A stretch of 64,000 nt of DNA, from assembly GCA_964422835.1 (NCBI GenBank), contig CAYRCR010000001.1, forward strand, positions 212,517 to 276,516, in the 5' to 3' direction. The stretch's first letter is position 1. Each line of letters begins with the position of its first letter. Position numbers and translations under genes: made by a program. The DNA comes from an uncultured Gammaproteobacteria bacterium. Its GTDB lineage: Bacteria; Patescibacteriota; Microgenomatia; Daviesbacterales; UBA10151. Positions 10,332 to 20,696 of this stretch are shown here, piece by piece. The notes below the pieces were generated by a model. It had not been told where the DNA came from and made no database searches. It saw only the letters and a list, made by a program, of their open reading frames with translations.

Positions 10332-11298
10332 TATTTATAAATTCTTCGGCAGTAATTTTAGAATTCTCCTTTAGAATCTTTTGTATTTTATCATAAGTTA
10401 AAAGGCCTGCTTGAGCACCTATCTTTTCTACTACCGAAGCCCCGTTGGCTGCCCCCCAGCGCATGGCTTCAGCAAGATCTTTGCCATGGAAAAAGGCTGC
10501 CAGAACTCCTGTGGCATATGCGTCCCCTGCCCCGGTCATATCCACCACTTTTGCCGGAAAAGCCTCCAATTTATAATATTTTTCCCCACTAAATCCATAA
10601 GAACCATTTTTCCCGTCAGTAATAATTACCATCTTCGACCCCAAGTCCAACAAACCGCATAACATTTTTTTCATATTTATCCCGCCTACAACCTGTTCCG
10701 CCTCTTCTTTGTTTAAAATCAAAAGTTTAGTCAGGGAGAGAAGCCTGGCAAATTTTTTAATGCCGAAGTTTAGCTCATAGGTTCCGGGATTATAAATTAA
10801 AGAAGCTCCTGTTCTTTCCAGATAATTTTCAACCTGCCCGTTTAAATTGCACTCTATAGCAGATTTTCCCATAGATGAAACATAAATCCACTTGGCGCGG
10901 TCAAGATCCGGCAACTGGTATTTAAAATCCTGATGGTAAGTTAAAATTGTCCGTTCCCCTTTAAAGGAAATAAGGGCTGAAACATTGGAATCCTGCCCCT
11001 CACAAACTTTTACATAACGGGTATCCACCCCCTCCTCTTTTAATTTAGACAGAGTGAATTTTCCCATCTCATCAGTACCGATATTCAGATAAACTGCCGA
11101 GCGCATGCCAAGCCTTGCTGCTCCCACAGCATTATTGGGGTTATTGCCCCCCAAAACCTGCATGTATTTATCAACAGGTAATTTATCCCCAAAACGGAGA
11201 CATAACTCCTTTTGCCCTTTTTCTATTTCAATCTCCGCATCATGGATCTGAAAAAATAAATCTACCGCCGCATCACCAATGGAAATTAAATCAAACAT
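10312..11298 (-). CDS. PfkB-family carbohydrate kinase
   Basis: DTTGAGDAYATG (PfkB GAGD motif) and an N-terminal GG region. Confidence 0.75.
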   Translation of the reverse strand: MFDLISIGDAAVDLFFQIHDAEIEIEKGQKELCLRFGDKLPVDKYMQVLGGNNPNNAVGAARLGMRSAVYLNIGTDEMGKFTLSKLKEEGVDTRYVKVCEGQDSNVSALISFKGERTILTYHQDFKYQLPDLDRAKWIYVSSMGKSAIECNLNGQVENYLERTGASLIYNPGTYELNFGIKKFARLLSLTKLLILNKEEAEQVVGGINMKKMLCGLLDLGSKMVIITDGKNGSYGFSGEKYYKLEAFPAKVVDMTGAGDAYATGVLAAFFHGKDLAEAMRWGAANGASVVEKIGAQAGLLTYDKIQKILKENSKITAEEFINNGGTKT

Positions 11299-11307
11299 AC
11301 TTCCAGT

Positions 11308-11520
11308 TTACAACACAGCAGGAGTAAACCCAAGTTCTTTAATTTTATCCAGAATCTGTTCCAATTCTATTTTTTCTTTATCGTATTCCACTTCTGTTTC
11401 TTGTTTTGCATAAGAAGTATTGGCAGATTTGACACCTTCCAAGTCTTCTAAATCCATATCAATGGAGAGGGCACAAGAGGTACAATGCATACCTTCAATT
11501 TTTAATTTAATCTTTTTCAT
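11308..11520 (-). CDS. copZ: copper chaperone CopZ (HMA domain)
   Basis: GMHCTSC metal-binding motif in a 70-aa protein. Confidence 0.8.
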   Translation of the reverse strand: MKKIKLKIEGMHCTSCALSIDMDLEDLEGVKSANTSYAKQETEVEYDKEKIELEQILDKIKELGFTPAVL

Positions 11521-11527
11521 AATATCC

Positions 11528-11625
11528 TTGTCATTCTGAGCGTAGCGAAAAATCTCTCAGCCCGTCTGAGAAACTCGCATACGCGAGAGATCCTTCTCCC
11601 TCGACTTTACTCGGGATCAGGATGA
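11528..11625. repeat. structured intergenic repeat element (GAGCGTAGCGAA...CTCGACT family)
   Basis: Terminal inverted ends gtcattctga/tcaggatgac. Internal hairpins tctcag..ctgaga and ctcgcatacgcgag. Shares the 13-mer tgagcgtagcgaa and ctcgact with the element at 20697-20760. Confidence 0.4.
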
Positions 11626-11629
11626 CATT

Positions 11630-12667
11630 TTATATCACCTCAATTGTTCCGTAATACATGCCCATGGAGCAGGTCCAATAAGTCTTACCCGCCTTTGTTG
11701 GGGTAAATTCTACTACTTCCGAAGTTTTTTGCAATAAATTTTTCCTTATATTAAAAGAAGGAATAACAAAAGCGGAAGTACAACCATAACCGCCTGTCGG
11801 AATCAAATTTAAACGGACAGGAATATTGGCCTGCACCTTAATGGAATTGGGGCTATAGCCATTGGGGAAAACCTTGATGTCAGTTACCTGCACTCCGTCC
11901 ACAATTTTAATATTTGAATCAACGGTTTTTATTTCCTCTCCCCCAACCCTTACCTCAAAAGGCAAAGCATCAACTATGGTTTGGGAAGTTATCGGCGCGT
12001 TTAAAACAATCAGGGCGGAATTTATTGATGATAGCCCGAGGTATATAACCAAAACGGCTGCCAGCCTTAAGAACTTTGTTTTGAAAGCATCTCCCAAAAC
12101 TGTGGTAATAAAACCGACTGCAAAAAAAAGCGGGGCAGTACCCAAAACGAACGCCCCCATGATAGCCGCGCCCAAAAAAGGGTTGCCTGAAGAGATTGCC
12201 AAGGCTTCCATGGCAATAGTGGTCCCGCAGGGAATTAAAATCGTCAAAACCCCGACTGTGGCCGGAGCAAAAAGGTCCTGGCTTTTAGCTCTACTGTGCA
12301 CAAGTTTTGCCAAAAACTTGGGTGGCTGGATTATGACATACCTGAAAATCGGGTGAACATTTAAAAGATTAAAGGCCACCAGTAGCATATATATTCCGGC
12401 AAATAGCTGCATGACAACTCTTGCAGTTTCTGAAATTTGTAAGGCTTGGCCAAATAACCCCAGGGCAAATCCTAAAATAACATAAACAATAAGCTTGGCC
12501 AATATAAAAGCAAGCGTTGGGAAAATGTTATGTTTCCTGCGGCCTCCTGCTTCTAAATCCGCCTCTTCCCGTGAAGTTATGACAGAAGCCAAAAGTCCGC
12601 CCTGTACAGCCAGGCATCCAATACCACCCACAGTAAGTCCGGTCAGGAAAATTATCCAAAGATCCAT
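11630..12667 (-). CDS. polytopic membrane protein fused to a C-terminal cupredoxin-like domain
   Basis: About 8 TM helices. C-terminal YGCTS...TYWTCSMGMYYGTIEV resembles the cupredoxin-like domain of the neighbouring 117-aa protein. Confidence 0.5.
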   Translation of the reverse strand: MDLWIIFLTGLTVGGIGCLAVQGGLLASVITSREEADLEAGGRRKHNIFPTLAFILAKLIVYVILGFALGLFGQALQISETARVVMQLFAGIYMLLVAFNLLNVHPIFRYVIIQPPKFLAKLVHSRAKSQDLFAPATVGVLTILIPCGTTIAMEALAISSGNPFLGAAIMGAFVLGTAPLFFAVGFITTVLGDAFKTKFLRLAAVLVIYLGLSSINSALIVLNAPITSQTIVDALPFEVRVGGEEIKTVDSNIKIVDGVQVTDIKVFPNGYSPNSIKVQANIPVRLNLIPTGGYGCTSAFVIPSFNIRKNLLQKTSEVVEFTPTKAGKTYWTCSMGMYYGTIEVI

Positions 12668-12674
12668 CTTTTAA

Positions 12675-14945
12675 TTAAAGCTTAATCCTCTTTAAAAGTA
12701 AAGAATTGGTGACTACTGAAACCGAAGAAAGAGCCATGGCACCTGATGCCAAAATTGGGTTTAGCAGAATATGGAAAAATGGAAATAAGGCACCCATGGC
12801 AACCGGAATGAGTATTGTATTATATCCAAAAGCCCAAAACAAATTTAATCTGATTGTCCTCATGGTTTTACGCGAAAGTTCAATTGCCCCTGCCACTGAA
12901 TTTAGGTCTTTGCTTACCATGGTGATATCTGCCGCCTCAATTGCCACATCAGTTCCCGTGCCCATGGCAATCCCCACATCGGCAGAAGCCAAGGCCGGGG
13001 CATCATTTATGCCATCCCCTACCATAGCCACAATTTTGCCTTCGGCCTGAATTTTTTTTACTTCTGCCTCTTTACCGCTGGGCAAAACCTCTGCCAGAAC
13101 TCTTTTAATCCCGACCTGCTTGGCAATAGCCTTGGCTGTCCGGGCATTATCTCCGGTAATCATCACGGCCTCAATGCCCATCTTTTGCAAGCGCGCAACA
13201 CCAGCTTTGGCACTGGGTTTGACAGTATCTGCCACGGCAATCAGCCCTAAAAATTTCCCACCAGAGGCAAGTACCATTACAGTTTTTCCTTCATTTTCCA
13301 GCTTTTCCAAATTGGACTTAACCTTACTTATATCTATTTTTTCTTTTTCCATTAATCTAACATTACCCAAGACCACTTTTACTTTGCCGATTAAACCTTC
13401 CACACCATATCCTGAAATGGCCTTGAATTTATCAACTTTTTGCAGGGTAAGTTTATCCTCATCCGCTTTTTGAACAATAGCTTCAGCCAGTGAGTGCTCC
13501 GATCCTTTTTCCAAGGATGCAGCCATTTGCAAAACCTTCTTATCGCCAACAATGTCGGTCACCCTGGGTTTACCTTCAGTCAAAGTTCCGGTTTTGTCAA
13601 AAATTATGGTATTTATTTTATGGGCCAGCTCTAAACTTTCAGCATCTTTTATTAAAATCCCGTTTTCCGCACCTTTCCCCACTCCCACCACAATGGCAGT
13701 AGGAGTGGCCAACCCCATGGCACAAGGGCAGGCGATAATTAACACTGCTACAGTATTTAACATGGCCAAAAGGAAGGCTGGCATCGGCCCAAAGTTATAC
13801 CAGACAACAAAAGTCAAAATTGCCAAAATTAAAACAACAGGTACAAAATAGGAGGAGATCACGTCAACCAGTTTTTGAATCGGGGCCTTGCTGGATTGCG
13901 CCTCGGACACTAGTTTAATAATCTGGGCCAGCATTGTATCAGACCCAACTTTAGTGGCTTTATAGGTAAAAGTGCCGGATTTGTTGATTGTTGCCCCGAT
14001 TACCGTATCGCCTTTCCGCTTTTCTACGGGGATACTTTCTCCGGAAATCATTGATTCATCAATTGACGATTCTCCTTCCAAAATTTGTCCGTCCACCGGG
14101 ATCTTTTCGCCGGGCCTGACCCTGATAATATTTCCCACTACCACCTGTTCAATTGGGATATCCACTTCTTTACCATTCTTGACAATCCTGGCAGTTTTGG
14201 CCTGCATGCCAATTAATTTCTTAATAGCCTCACTCGTTCCCAGTTTAGCTTTTGCCTCAAAATACCGCCCCAATAAAATAAGGCCAATCACCACGGCCGA
14301 AACATCAAAATACGGCATCGGGTCAATACCCGTTTCCATTAAAAACTGCGGGAAAACTATTGCAAATACCGAGTAGGCAAAAGCAGCTGTTGTGCCAATG
14401 GCAATCAAAGTATCCATGTTGGCCAGGCGGTGGCGGAAAGCCGGGATTGCCCCTTTATAAAAACCCAGTCCTGCCCAAAATTGCACAGGGATGGCCAAAA
14501 TCATCTGAAAGTAGAAATTGCGAAGGATAGAGGGGGCAAAATCGGCCAAAACTGGAAATGTCCCCCAAACAATCAAAGCCCCCAAAAACAAACTCATCAT
14601 AACTTTTCTTTTTAGGGCTGCCAGTTCTTTTTGTTTTTGTTGTTTTTCTTTATCTTCAGATTGCAGTTTTTCTTTTACAGCCATTTTGTATCCGACATTG
14701 GCAATTTTGGAAATCAGTTCTTCTTCGGAAACCGCGGACTCATCAAAAGTTACATTGGCGCTTTCATCTATCAGGCTGACTGTAGACTTTTCTACCCCGG
14801 GAGTTTTTTTCAAAGTATCCTCAATAACTTTGACGCAAGAGGCACAGTGCATACCGGAGATAGTAAAACTTTGCTTCGTTAATTGACCAGTTCGTTCGTC
14901 GTTCATTGTACTATGATCTTTCCATGGTACATACCCATACCACAA
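12675..14945 (-). CDS. copA: copper-translocating P-type ATPase CopA (true start probably MNDER near 14906)
   Basis: HMA motif GMHCASC, CPC motif (CPCAMGL), DKTGTLT phosphorylation site, and [10 protein letters not shown]. Confidence 0.9.
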   Translation of the reverse strand: MWYGYVPWKDHSTMNDERTGQLTKQSFTISGMHCASCVKVIEDTLKKTPGVEKSTVSLIDESANVTFDESAVSEEELISKIANVGYKMAVKEKLQSEDKEKQQKQKELAALKRKVMMSLFLGALIVWGTFPVLADFAPSILRNFYFQMILAIPVQFWAGLGFYKGAIPAFRHRLANMDTLIAIGTTAAFAYSVFAIVFPQFLMETGIDPMPYFDVSAVVIGLILLGRYFEAKAKLGTSEAIKKLIGMQAKTARIVKNGKEVDIPIEQVVVGNIIRVRPGEKIPVDGQILEGESSIDESMISGESIPVEKRKGDTVIGATINKSGTFTYKATKVGSDTMLAQIIKLVSEAQSSKAPIQKLVDVISSYFVPVVLILAILTFVVWYNFGPMPAFLLAMLNTVAVLIIACPCAMGLATPTAIVVGVGKGAENGILIKDAESLELAHKINTIIFDKTGTLTEGKPRVTDIVGDKKVLQMAASLEKGSEHSLAEAIVQKADEDKLTLQKVDKFKAISGYGVEGLIGKVKVVLGNVRLMEKEKIDISKVKSNLEKLENEGKTVMVLASGGKFLGLIAVADTVKPSAKAGVARLQKMGIEAVMITGDNARTAKAIAKQVGIKRVLAEVLPSGKEAEVKKIQAEGKIVAMVGDGINDAPALASADVGIAMGTGTDVAIEAADITMVSKDLNSVAGAIELSRKTMRTIRLNLFWAFGYNTILIPVAMGALFPFFHILLNPILASGAMALSSVSVVTNSLLLKRIKL

Positions 14946-15256
14946 CTGTATCCATATTCCCCGCTCTTTTGCGGAGTAATTTCAACGGTTACTTTTTGAT
15001 TTAGAGGTAACTCTTTTTTAATTTTAAAGTCAGAAAGTACTACTTCGGATAAACACTCTGTCGGATCAGTCCTGGTAAAATTAATTCTGGTTGTTTTACC
15101 TTTAGGCACAGAGATTACTTCCGGCTGGTATCCTCCGTCCACAATAATATCTACAGAACCCACAACCTTCACTTCTTTTTCTTTTCTCATCAGAAAAAAC
15201 CAGAAAGTAAAAATAATCCCAATCACGCCGGCTATGGTAACTAAAATTTTATCCAT
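14903..15256 (-). CDS. membrane-anchored cupredoxin-like domain protein
   Basis: N-terminal TM. C-terminal [16 protein letters not shown], with Cys/Met/His spacing like type-1 copper cupredoxin-like domains found next to copA genes. Confidence 0.5.
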   Translation of the reverse strand: MDKILVTIAGVIGIIFTFWFFLMRKEKEVKVVGSVDIIVDGGYQPEVISVPKGKTTRINFTRTDPTECLSEVVLSDFKIKKELPLNQKVTVEITPQKSGEYGYSCGMGMYHGKIIVQ

Positions 15257-15259
15257 TAT

Positions 15260-15529
15260 TTAACCCTTTTTGGCCCATTTGTTATACAAAGAAATGGTGC
15301 CATAAATTGTTATCCAAGTGAGCCCCACAGCTGTTATAAAACCAAAGACCAGCGAACCTAAATCCGGAGCTGAAGTTGACTTAAGTCCTTCAAGGTTCAT
15401 GGAATGTGTCCAAGACTGGGTAACGCTGAACAATAAGTCCGGCGCAATATATGAAAGTGTTGCACAAGCTGCAACCCAAATGGCCATAATTGCCGCAGCA
15501 GCGTTAGCAAAAGCTTTTGCATTTAACAT
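15260..15529 (-). CDS. small hypothetical membrane protein
   Basis: 89 aa, three hydrophobic helices. Confidence 0.35.
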   Translation of the reverse strand: MLNAKAFANAAAAIMAIWVAACATLSYIAPDLLFSVTQSWTHSMNLEGLKSTSAPDLGSLVFGFITAVGLTWITIYGTISLYNKWAKKG

Positions 15530-15546
15530 CTTTTCTCACCCCCCTA

Positions 15547-15684
15547 TTACTTCTTTTGTATTTGTTTCCAAAGCCAAACACCCAAAAGAATGGCATCAAT
15601 TAAAATCACCAGTCCAAATAATCCTCCCAAAATATTAAATCCTCCGCCCCCTCCCCAATTCATCATATTTGTATATCCCCACAT
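15547..15684 (-). CDS. unannotated 45-aa Gly-rich hydrophobic peptide (MWGYTNMMNWGGGGGFNILGGLFGLVILIDAILLGVWLWKQIQKK)
   Basis: An ORF under 60 aa, absent from the ORF track. It fills the gap between two minus-strand copper-island genes. Confidence 0.25.
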   Translation of the reverse strand: MWGYTNMMNWGGGGGFNILGGLFGLVILIDAILLGVWLWKQIQKK

Positions 15685-15698
15685 TTTTTCATCACCTC

Positions 15699-16589
15699 CT
15701 ATGTTTTTCTGGAAATCCAATACAAGAAATAAATCACTGCCAGTAAAAATATGCCGTTTACTACAATATTACCCCCCAATAGGGAATTTATAAAGCCTCC
15801 CACATTCTCAATGGTTTTGGTGGCACCGGACATCCCTTCCATAGACAATCTTCCATTGACAGTCAAGATTAAAGTTAAAGAGCCGGTTATAAAAAAGATG
15901 GCTGCGGCAATTAAGTTATTTAAAATCAAAGGATAAGTTTTACCGAAGATTTTTATTTCCCCCAAAGGCCGCCTAAGAACCGTAAATTTGGGCATTTTGC
16001 CGGACAAAAAAGCAGAAATTATAAGCAAGGGTGTGACCATACCCAAAACATACATCCCGCCCAAAATTATTGCCCCGAAAAAAGAAGGAGTCAAAAAGGT
16101 CAGAGCCATGATACCGATTAAAACCGGAGCACAGCAAGCCGAGGTTATTCCTGAAAAAATTCCCATGGTAAAAATTGACAAGACATCAGTCTTCACACCC
16201 GGTTGGCTCCTTGAAAAATGCGGCATAGGCATTTTAAGCCCCAAAAGCGAAACCCCGGCAATTAAAAGCATAAATACTCCTGATATAAGATAAATCTCAT
16301 TATGGTAACGGAATAAAGACTTTGAGATAAAGGCTACCCCCAGGACTGCCGGAAGAAGCACTACAAAAATCCCCAAACCAAAAACCAGAGTCATGAGTAA
16401 TACCTTTTCTTTTTCCTTAAAAACGCTACCTAAGTATGCCGGAAGTAAAAAGGTGATGCAGCAAGGCGCGAAAAGCGCCACCATCCCCGCTACAAATGCC
16501 GCAATAAGTGATGTTTGAAAGAGAATGGTTTCCATCCTATGCTCCGCATCCTTTGCCTCCGGAAAGGCTGGGCCAGGCAATTGGTCCAA
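15699..16589 (-). CDS. CcdA/DsbD-like transmembrane thiol-disulfide transfer protein
   Basis: Polytopic. Cys pairs in TM helices (FAPCCITFLLP, ACCAPVLIG), as in CcdA/DsbD-family proteins. Confidence 0.45.
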   Translation of the reverse strand: MDQLPGPAFPEAKDAEHRMETILFQTSLIAAFVAGMVALFAPCCITFLLPAYLGSVFKEKEKVLLMTLVFGLGIFVVLLPAVLGVAFISKSLFRYHNEIYLISGVFMLLIAGVSLLGLKMPMPHFSRSQPGVKTDVLSIFTMGIFSGITSACCAPVLIGIMALTFLTPSFFGAIILGGMYVLGMVTPLLIISAFLSGKMPKFTVLRRPLGEIKIFGKTYPLILNNLIAAAIFFITGSLTLILTVNGRLSMEGMSGATKTIENVGGFINSLLGGNIVVNGIFLLAVIYFLYWISRKT

Positions 16590-17511
16590 CCTGCCTTTTT
16601 ATGGCCTGATAGCCCTGGGCAGAAGAAAATGTCTTGGATAAAATCTCGGCAGGGGAAACAGTTTTAAAATCACGGTTATTTTTAGCAAAATGGTAAGAAA
16701 TATCAAGATAAGTCTGCGGGAACCAGTAGGAATTAAAGGCCAGAACAGTTCTGTAAATCTCATCTTTAGAAAAGTTTTGCGATACCATCAGCTCAACCAG
16801 CGCTAAAGCCGCCATGCCATGATTGCAGTCAGGAAAAGCCACAGAATTTCCACAACAAGGCCTGAAAATCCCCCCGGCAATTTCCTCAACTTGTTTTTGC
16901 TGATCAGGCGTAAGTTTAATATAGGAAAACTTGCTATAAAGGTCCATTGGTTTTGAAACCCCGATTGTATAACCTCCGGTTGAAGCAAAATTGGCAGTTT
17001 GCCCGCCTTCCACCATCGGCCCCTTATCCAAAATGTCATTTTTATTAGAGAGCCCCAAACCCCATAAGACATCCACCCAGAATTGGGCATTGCCGGTATT
17101 TAGCTCAATTTGATCTTTAACAGAACCGTCAAGATATTTTTTGTATTCCGGAGGCAAGGCATCAGTCCCGGTTAAAGCTTTGGCCAGTTTTACCTCGTCA
17201 ATTACCCCATCGGAAATCAACTTCTTACCCAAATCTCCCCAGTTTAATTTAAAAGTAAAGCCTTTCGATGGCAAAACTTTTTCCTGTAAAACGCTTAAGT
17301 CCGGAGCTTGTTCTTTTGGGGCTTCTATTTTTTTAGCCTGGATTTTAAAGATTGGTTGGGAGATATTGCCTATCAAAAAAGAGGCTAGTATTATTCCTAA
17401 AATTAGAAATAAAGGCAATTTAAACTTTTTTTTCACATTATTTAATAACATTGCCTGAAAAAGAAAATTCCACATACGGCTTGTCCGGATCATTGGTTTC
17501 AAAACTGACAA
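16537..17511 (-). CDS. hypothetical exported Cys-rich protein (copper island)
   Basis: N-terminal TM/signal. C-terminal FRPCCGNSVAFPDCNHG cysteine/histidine cluster. Family not recognised. Confidence 0.35.
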   Translation of the reverse strand: MSVLKPMIRTSRMWNFLFQAMLLNNVKKKFKLPLFLILGIILASFLIGNISQPIFKIQAKKIEAPKEQAPDLSVLQEKVLPSKGFTFKLNWGDLGKKLISDGVIDEVKLAKALTGTDALPPEYKKYLDGSVKDQIELNTGNAQFWVDVLWGLGLSNKNDILDKGPMVEGGQTANFASTGGYTIGVSKPMDLYSKFSYIKLTPDQQKQVEEIAGGIFRPCCGNSVAFPDCNHGMAALALVELMVSQNFSKDEIYRTVLAFNSYWFPQTYLDISYHFAKNNRDFKTVSPAEILSKTFSSAQGYQAIKRQVGPIAWPSLSGGKGCGA

Positions 17512-18025
17512 TCCGGGAAATCGGGCCTACCCCTTGCGGGCCATGATAGGTTGGGTCAAAACTGGATACAACCTGGCCTTCTTCCCCCGGATTTAAGGTA
17601 CCTGTCCAGTCAGAAGGCGGGGACATACCTTTCATACCAAACTTAGGACCTTCTCCTTTTGGAGTTTTTAAAAATACTTTACTACAGGCACAAGAGCTAA
17701 CCATGTTGGCAATTTGCAATGGCTTATCACCAATATTTTTCACTTTAAACTCATGTATGGCATCTCCTCCGGAATATGGGATGTCTTTAAAGTCAAAACT
17801 TGTTTCTGTTGTTTCTATTTTGGCTCCGGCTGTTTTTTCAAGGGAAGCTTTGGATGAAGATTTACCCAAAAAGAAAATAGCCCCCGCTAGAATAGCAACT
17901 GTAAATAAAATAACTGCAATGATGATTTTTTTGTCGCTCATTTTATTATTGGCTCTTTTTAAAAACCTGCATAATTTCTGAAACTGCCTCCCCGCCTTTG
18001 CCATGCTTGACAGCATCAGCGGCAC
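17438..18025 (-). CDS. DUF1573-domain protein, membrane-anchored (true start likely MSDKK near 17941)
   Basis: Beta-sandwich-like region with SSCACS, as in the CxC signature of DUF1573. Confidence 0.5.
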   Translation of the reverse strand: MPLMLSSMAKAGRQFQKLCRFLKRANNKMSDKKIIIAVILFTVAILAGAIFFLGKSSSKASLEKTAGAKIETTETSFDFKDIPYSGGDAIHEFKVKNIGDKPLQIANMVSSCACSKVFLKTPKGEGPKFGMKGMSPPSDWTGTLNPGEEGQVVSSFDPTYHGPQGVGPISRIVSFETNDPDKPYVEFSFSGNVIK

Positions 18026-18215
18026 AGGTTTTTAAGTGGTTTTCCAGCATAACCAGATCTGCTTCCCGCAAAGCTCTTTGCACGGCTTGGGATTGATGAA
18101 TAATGTCAATGCAATATACCTGGCTTTCAACCATTTTAATAATCTTTTTCAAATGCCCTGCAGCAATTTGAAATCTGTGTAATATTCTCTCCTGTGTATC
18201 TTTAGGTCTATACAT
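17946..18215 (-). CDS. csoR: CsoR/RcnR-family metal-sensing transcriptional repressor
   Basis: 89 aa. Cys-His-Cys ligand pattern (YCIDIIHQ ... HLKTCA) and family-typical helix arrangement. First gene of the copper island. Confidence 0.75.
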   Translation of the reverse strand: MYRPKDTQERILHRFQIAAGHLKKIIKMVESQVYCIDIIHQSQAVQRALREADLVMLENHLKTCAADAVKHGKGGEAVSEIMQVFKKSQ

Positions 18216-18220
18216 GAAGT

Positions 18221-18233
18221 CCCCCTATGGGGG
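18221..18233. promoter_or_regulatory. GC-rich inverted repeat CCCCC-N3-GGGGG upstream of csoR (candidate CsoR operator, overlaps SD)
   Basis: ccccctatggggg lies 6 nt upstream of the csoR ATG. CsoR operators are typically G/C-tract inverted repeats. Confidence 0.3.
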
Positions 18234-18275
18234 ATATAGTAAGATATTCTAAAAGCGATGTCAAGGGCCGCTATT

Positions 18276-19190
18276 TTATGCTGCTCGCTGAAGGATATGA
18301 GCTACCTCTAGTATCTGTGGTACAGTATCTGTCACCACTTTATCTGGATAGAGAGAGGGATACCTGATTTGCCCCATTTCATTTATTCTTTTCTCTATTA
18401 AAACACCTGGAATCTCAAAGTAAATATTATCCAAAAAAACATTGGGATCCAAACTTTTCTTCCCACCTAATCGATTATATAAATCTCTCTGAGCTAAAGT
18501 TCTGGTAGTATGATAACCCTCTCCCTTCAAGGCATCCTCAACCCTATCTCCTACAATATATTGATTGAAAGCTGGAATACTTTTCTGGGCGCGCCGTTCT
18601 GCCAAGAAACTTGTTAGCGGCAGGACGACCACTCCTCCTATCATCATCCCGACCCCTGCTAAATAGAATCTTTCATCTCCGGATCCAGAACTTAACAGAT
18701 AACCTAAAGTTGTTCCGGCAGCCATTATAGCAACCCAACTACCAAAAAATGATTTTTTTCCTGTTGTTACCCGGGAGGGAAAACCCAAAATAGCGGGTCT
18801 CTCAATATAGTGCCCGGTGAAATTATTAAGATCCCTTAAGAATTCTTCTTCTGGTAAATCATCCGTAGCTATTCGCAAAAATGGGTTCACATGCTTTGGT
18901 TCTTCTTGAGCTTCAGGATAATAGAAACCTAGTCTAGAGTTGATAACTGTTCCGCCATCAGGAAAGTTTGGAACAGTGTGACCGATCCGTTCATATATTT
19001 CCCACTTGCCTCGCTTTTTAGGTACAACAGCGGATTTCTCAAAACCCAACTCTTTGGCAACTAACGGAAGGTCGTCAATTAACACCGACTTGACAACTTT
19101 TTCCCTCTTAGACCATAAAGTCCCCCACTGATCCCCAAGAGTAGCATACCGGGAAACTCTATAAGCAACATTTTCGACTGCGGTCGCCAT
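18276..19190 (-). CDS. hypothetical membrane-associated protein
   Basis: 304 aa with a central hydrophobic pair of helices. Appears GC-richer than its neighbours by eye. Confidence 0.4.
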   Translation of the reverse strand: MATAVENVAYRVSRYATLGDQWGTLWSKREKVVKSVLIDDLPLVAKELGFEKSAVVPKKRGKWEIYERIGHTVPNFPDGGTVINSRLGFYYPEAQEEPKHVNPFLRIATDDLPEEEFLRDLNNFTGHYIERPAILGFPSRVTTGKKSFFGSWVAIMAAGTTLGYLLSSGSGDERFYLAGVGMMIGGVVVLPLTSFLAERRAQKSIPAFNQYIVGDRVEDALKGEGYHTTRTLAQRDLYNRLGGKKSLDPNVFLDNIYFEIPGVLIEKRINEMGQIRYPSLYPDKVVTDTVPQILEVAHILQRAA

Positions 19191-19446
19191 ACAATGATTG
19201 AATACTACTCTTCCAACAATCCCCTGTCAAGATAGTATCAGACCCCATATTCCACCCCCAGGGTATGATATTGTTTCATCCAAAGAATTGTAGTTTTCCA
19301 CTTTGTTACACCTCTGGTGTGTAACAAACTTTAAAACTGAACTCTACCAAATTAGACGATCGCGTTTTTTAGGGAAGCCAAGAAGGCCTGGCCTTATAAC
19401 TTATAAAGGGATTTAATATTATTCACAAAGATGTGATAATAAAGTA

Positions 19447-19698
19447 ATGTATATAAGAGCGATTTTAGCGCTACTATTTATACCATTGGGTTTATATGTG
19501 GTTGCCCCCAGATACAGAGCCACATTCAACTGGGTATTAGTACTTATTACAGAATTCATTGTAATAAGCATATTTAGTCTGGACATTATATTAAGTAAAA
19601 TTGGTTTTTACGAGGGAAAGGGTCATATCACAAGAAAGCTAATATTATTTCTAATAATGGCTTTAATAATAGGCGCCGGAATCAGCTTTCTTGCATGA
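19447..19698 (+). CDS. small hypothetical membrane protein
   Basis: 83 aa with 3 TM helices, in an AT-rich region. Confidence 0.3.
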   Translation: MYIRAILALLFIPLGLYVVAPRYRATFNWVLVLITEFIVISIFSLDIILSKIGFYEGKGHITRKLILFLIMALIIGAGISFLA

Positions 19699-19710
19699 CA
19701 TATATATTCT

Positions 19711-20694
19711 TTATTTCATCCTCAAAACAGAAGTTATAGCTTTAATAATTTCCTCTTTTGTCAAACCGTATTTTTGTAAAAGCTCTTCCGGGGTGCCTGA
19801 TTGGCCGAATTTGTCATCAACTCCAATGATTTTTATGGGTACCGGAAAGTTTTGGGAAACATATTCCGCCACGGCGGATCCCATACCTCCCATCTTTTGA
19901 TGATCCTCAACTGTCACTATGGCTCCAGTCTCTTCTGCCGCAGATTGGATAACTTTTGTATCCATTGGTTTGATGGTGGGTAAATTTATTACCCGAACAC
20001 TAATTTTACTCTCTTCCAATTCCTTCGCAGCCAAAAGCGCATAATAGACCATCTCTCCCGTAGCAATGATAGTCGCGCTATTGCCTTCATGCATAATTTC
20101 CGCCTTTCCTATTTCAAAAGGGGAATCTTCTGTAGTAATAATGGGGCATTCACACCTGGGTAACCTTAAATAACAAGGCTTATCAAGTTCCATTATGGCC
20201 AATGTGGCTTTTTTGGCCTCAATGGCATCACAAGGAGAGAGGACCACCATGTTAGGCAATACCCTCATCAAGGCAATATCTTCCAAAGCCTGATGGGTTG
20301 CTCCATCCGGACCAACTGTTAAACCTGCATGCGAGCCAATAATTTTTACAGGCATGTCATTTAAACAAATTGTGGTTCTTATTTGTTCCCAATTCCTGCC
20401 CGGTGAAAACATGGCATAAGAGGTGGCAACCGGAATTTTGCCTGCTGCCGCAAGCCCCGAGGCCACAGTCACCAGATTTTGTTCTGCCACACCCACCTGA
20501 ATAAACCTACCCGGAAATTTTTCCTCAAAACCTTCCACTTTAGTAGATCTGGCCAAATCTGCAGTTACAACAATTATCCTGTCATTTTTCTCCGCAGCCA
20601 AAATCAAGCTTTCACCAAACCCATCACGGGGAGATTTCCGTTTTATATCATTATCAAATAATTTAGGATTTAGAAAAGTATTAGTGTTTGTCAT
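19711..20694 (-). CDS. tktB: transketolase, C-terminal (pyrimidine-binding) subunit
   Basis: 327 aa, split-transketolase subunit B. Confidence 0.85.
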   Translation of the reverse strand: MTNTNTFLNPKLFDNDIKRKSPRDGFGESLILAAEKNDRIIVVTADLARSTKVEGFEEKFPGRFIQVGVAEQNLVTVASGLAAAGKIPVATSYAMFSPGRNWEQIRTTICLNDMPVKIIGSHAGLTVGPDGATHQALEDIALMRVLPNMVVLSPCDAIEAKKATLAIMELDKPCYLRLPRCECPIITTEDSPFEIGKAEIMHEGNSATIIATGEMVYYALLAAKELEESKISVRVINLPTIKPMDTKVIQSAAEETGAIVTVEDHQKMGGMGSAVAEYVSQNFPVPIKIIGVDDKFGQSGTPEELLQKYGLTKEEIIKAITSVLRMK

Positions 20695-20696
20695 GA

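Noticed and set aside
15590-15793. 67-aa plus-strand ORF
   Set aside because: It is antisense to the co-directional copper operon and overlaps the small minus-strand peptide and the CcdA-like gene. It is low-complexity Pro-rich.
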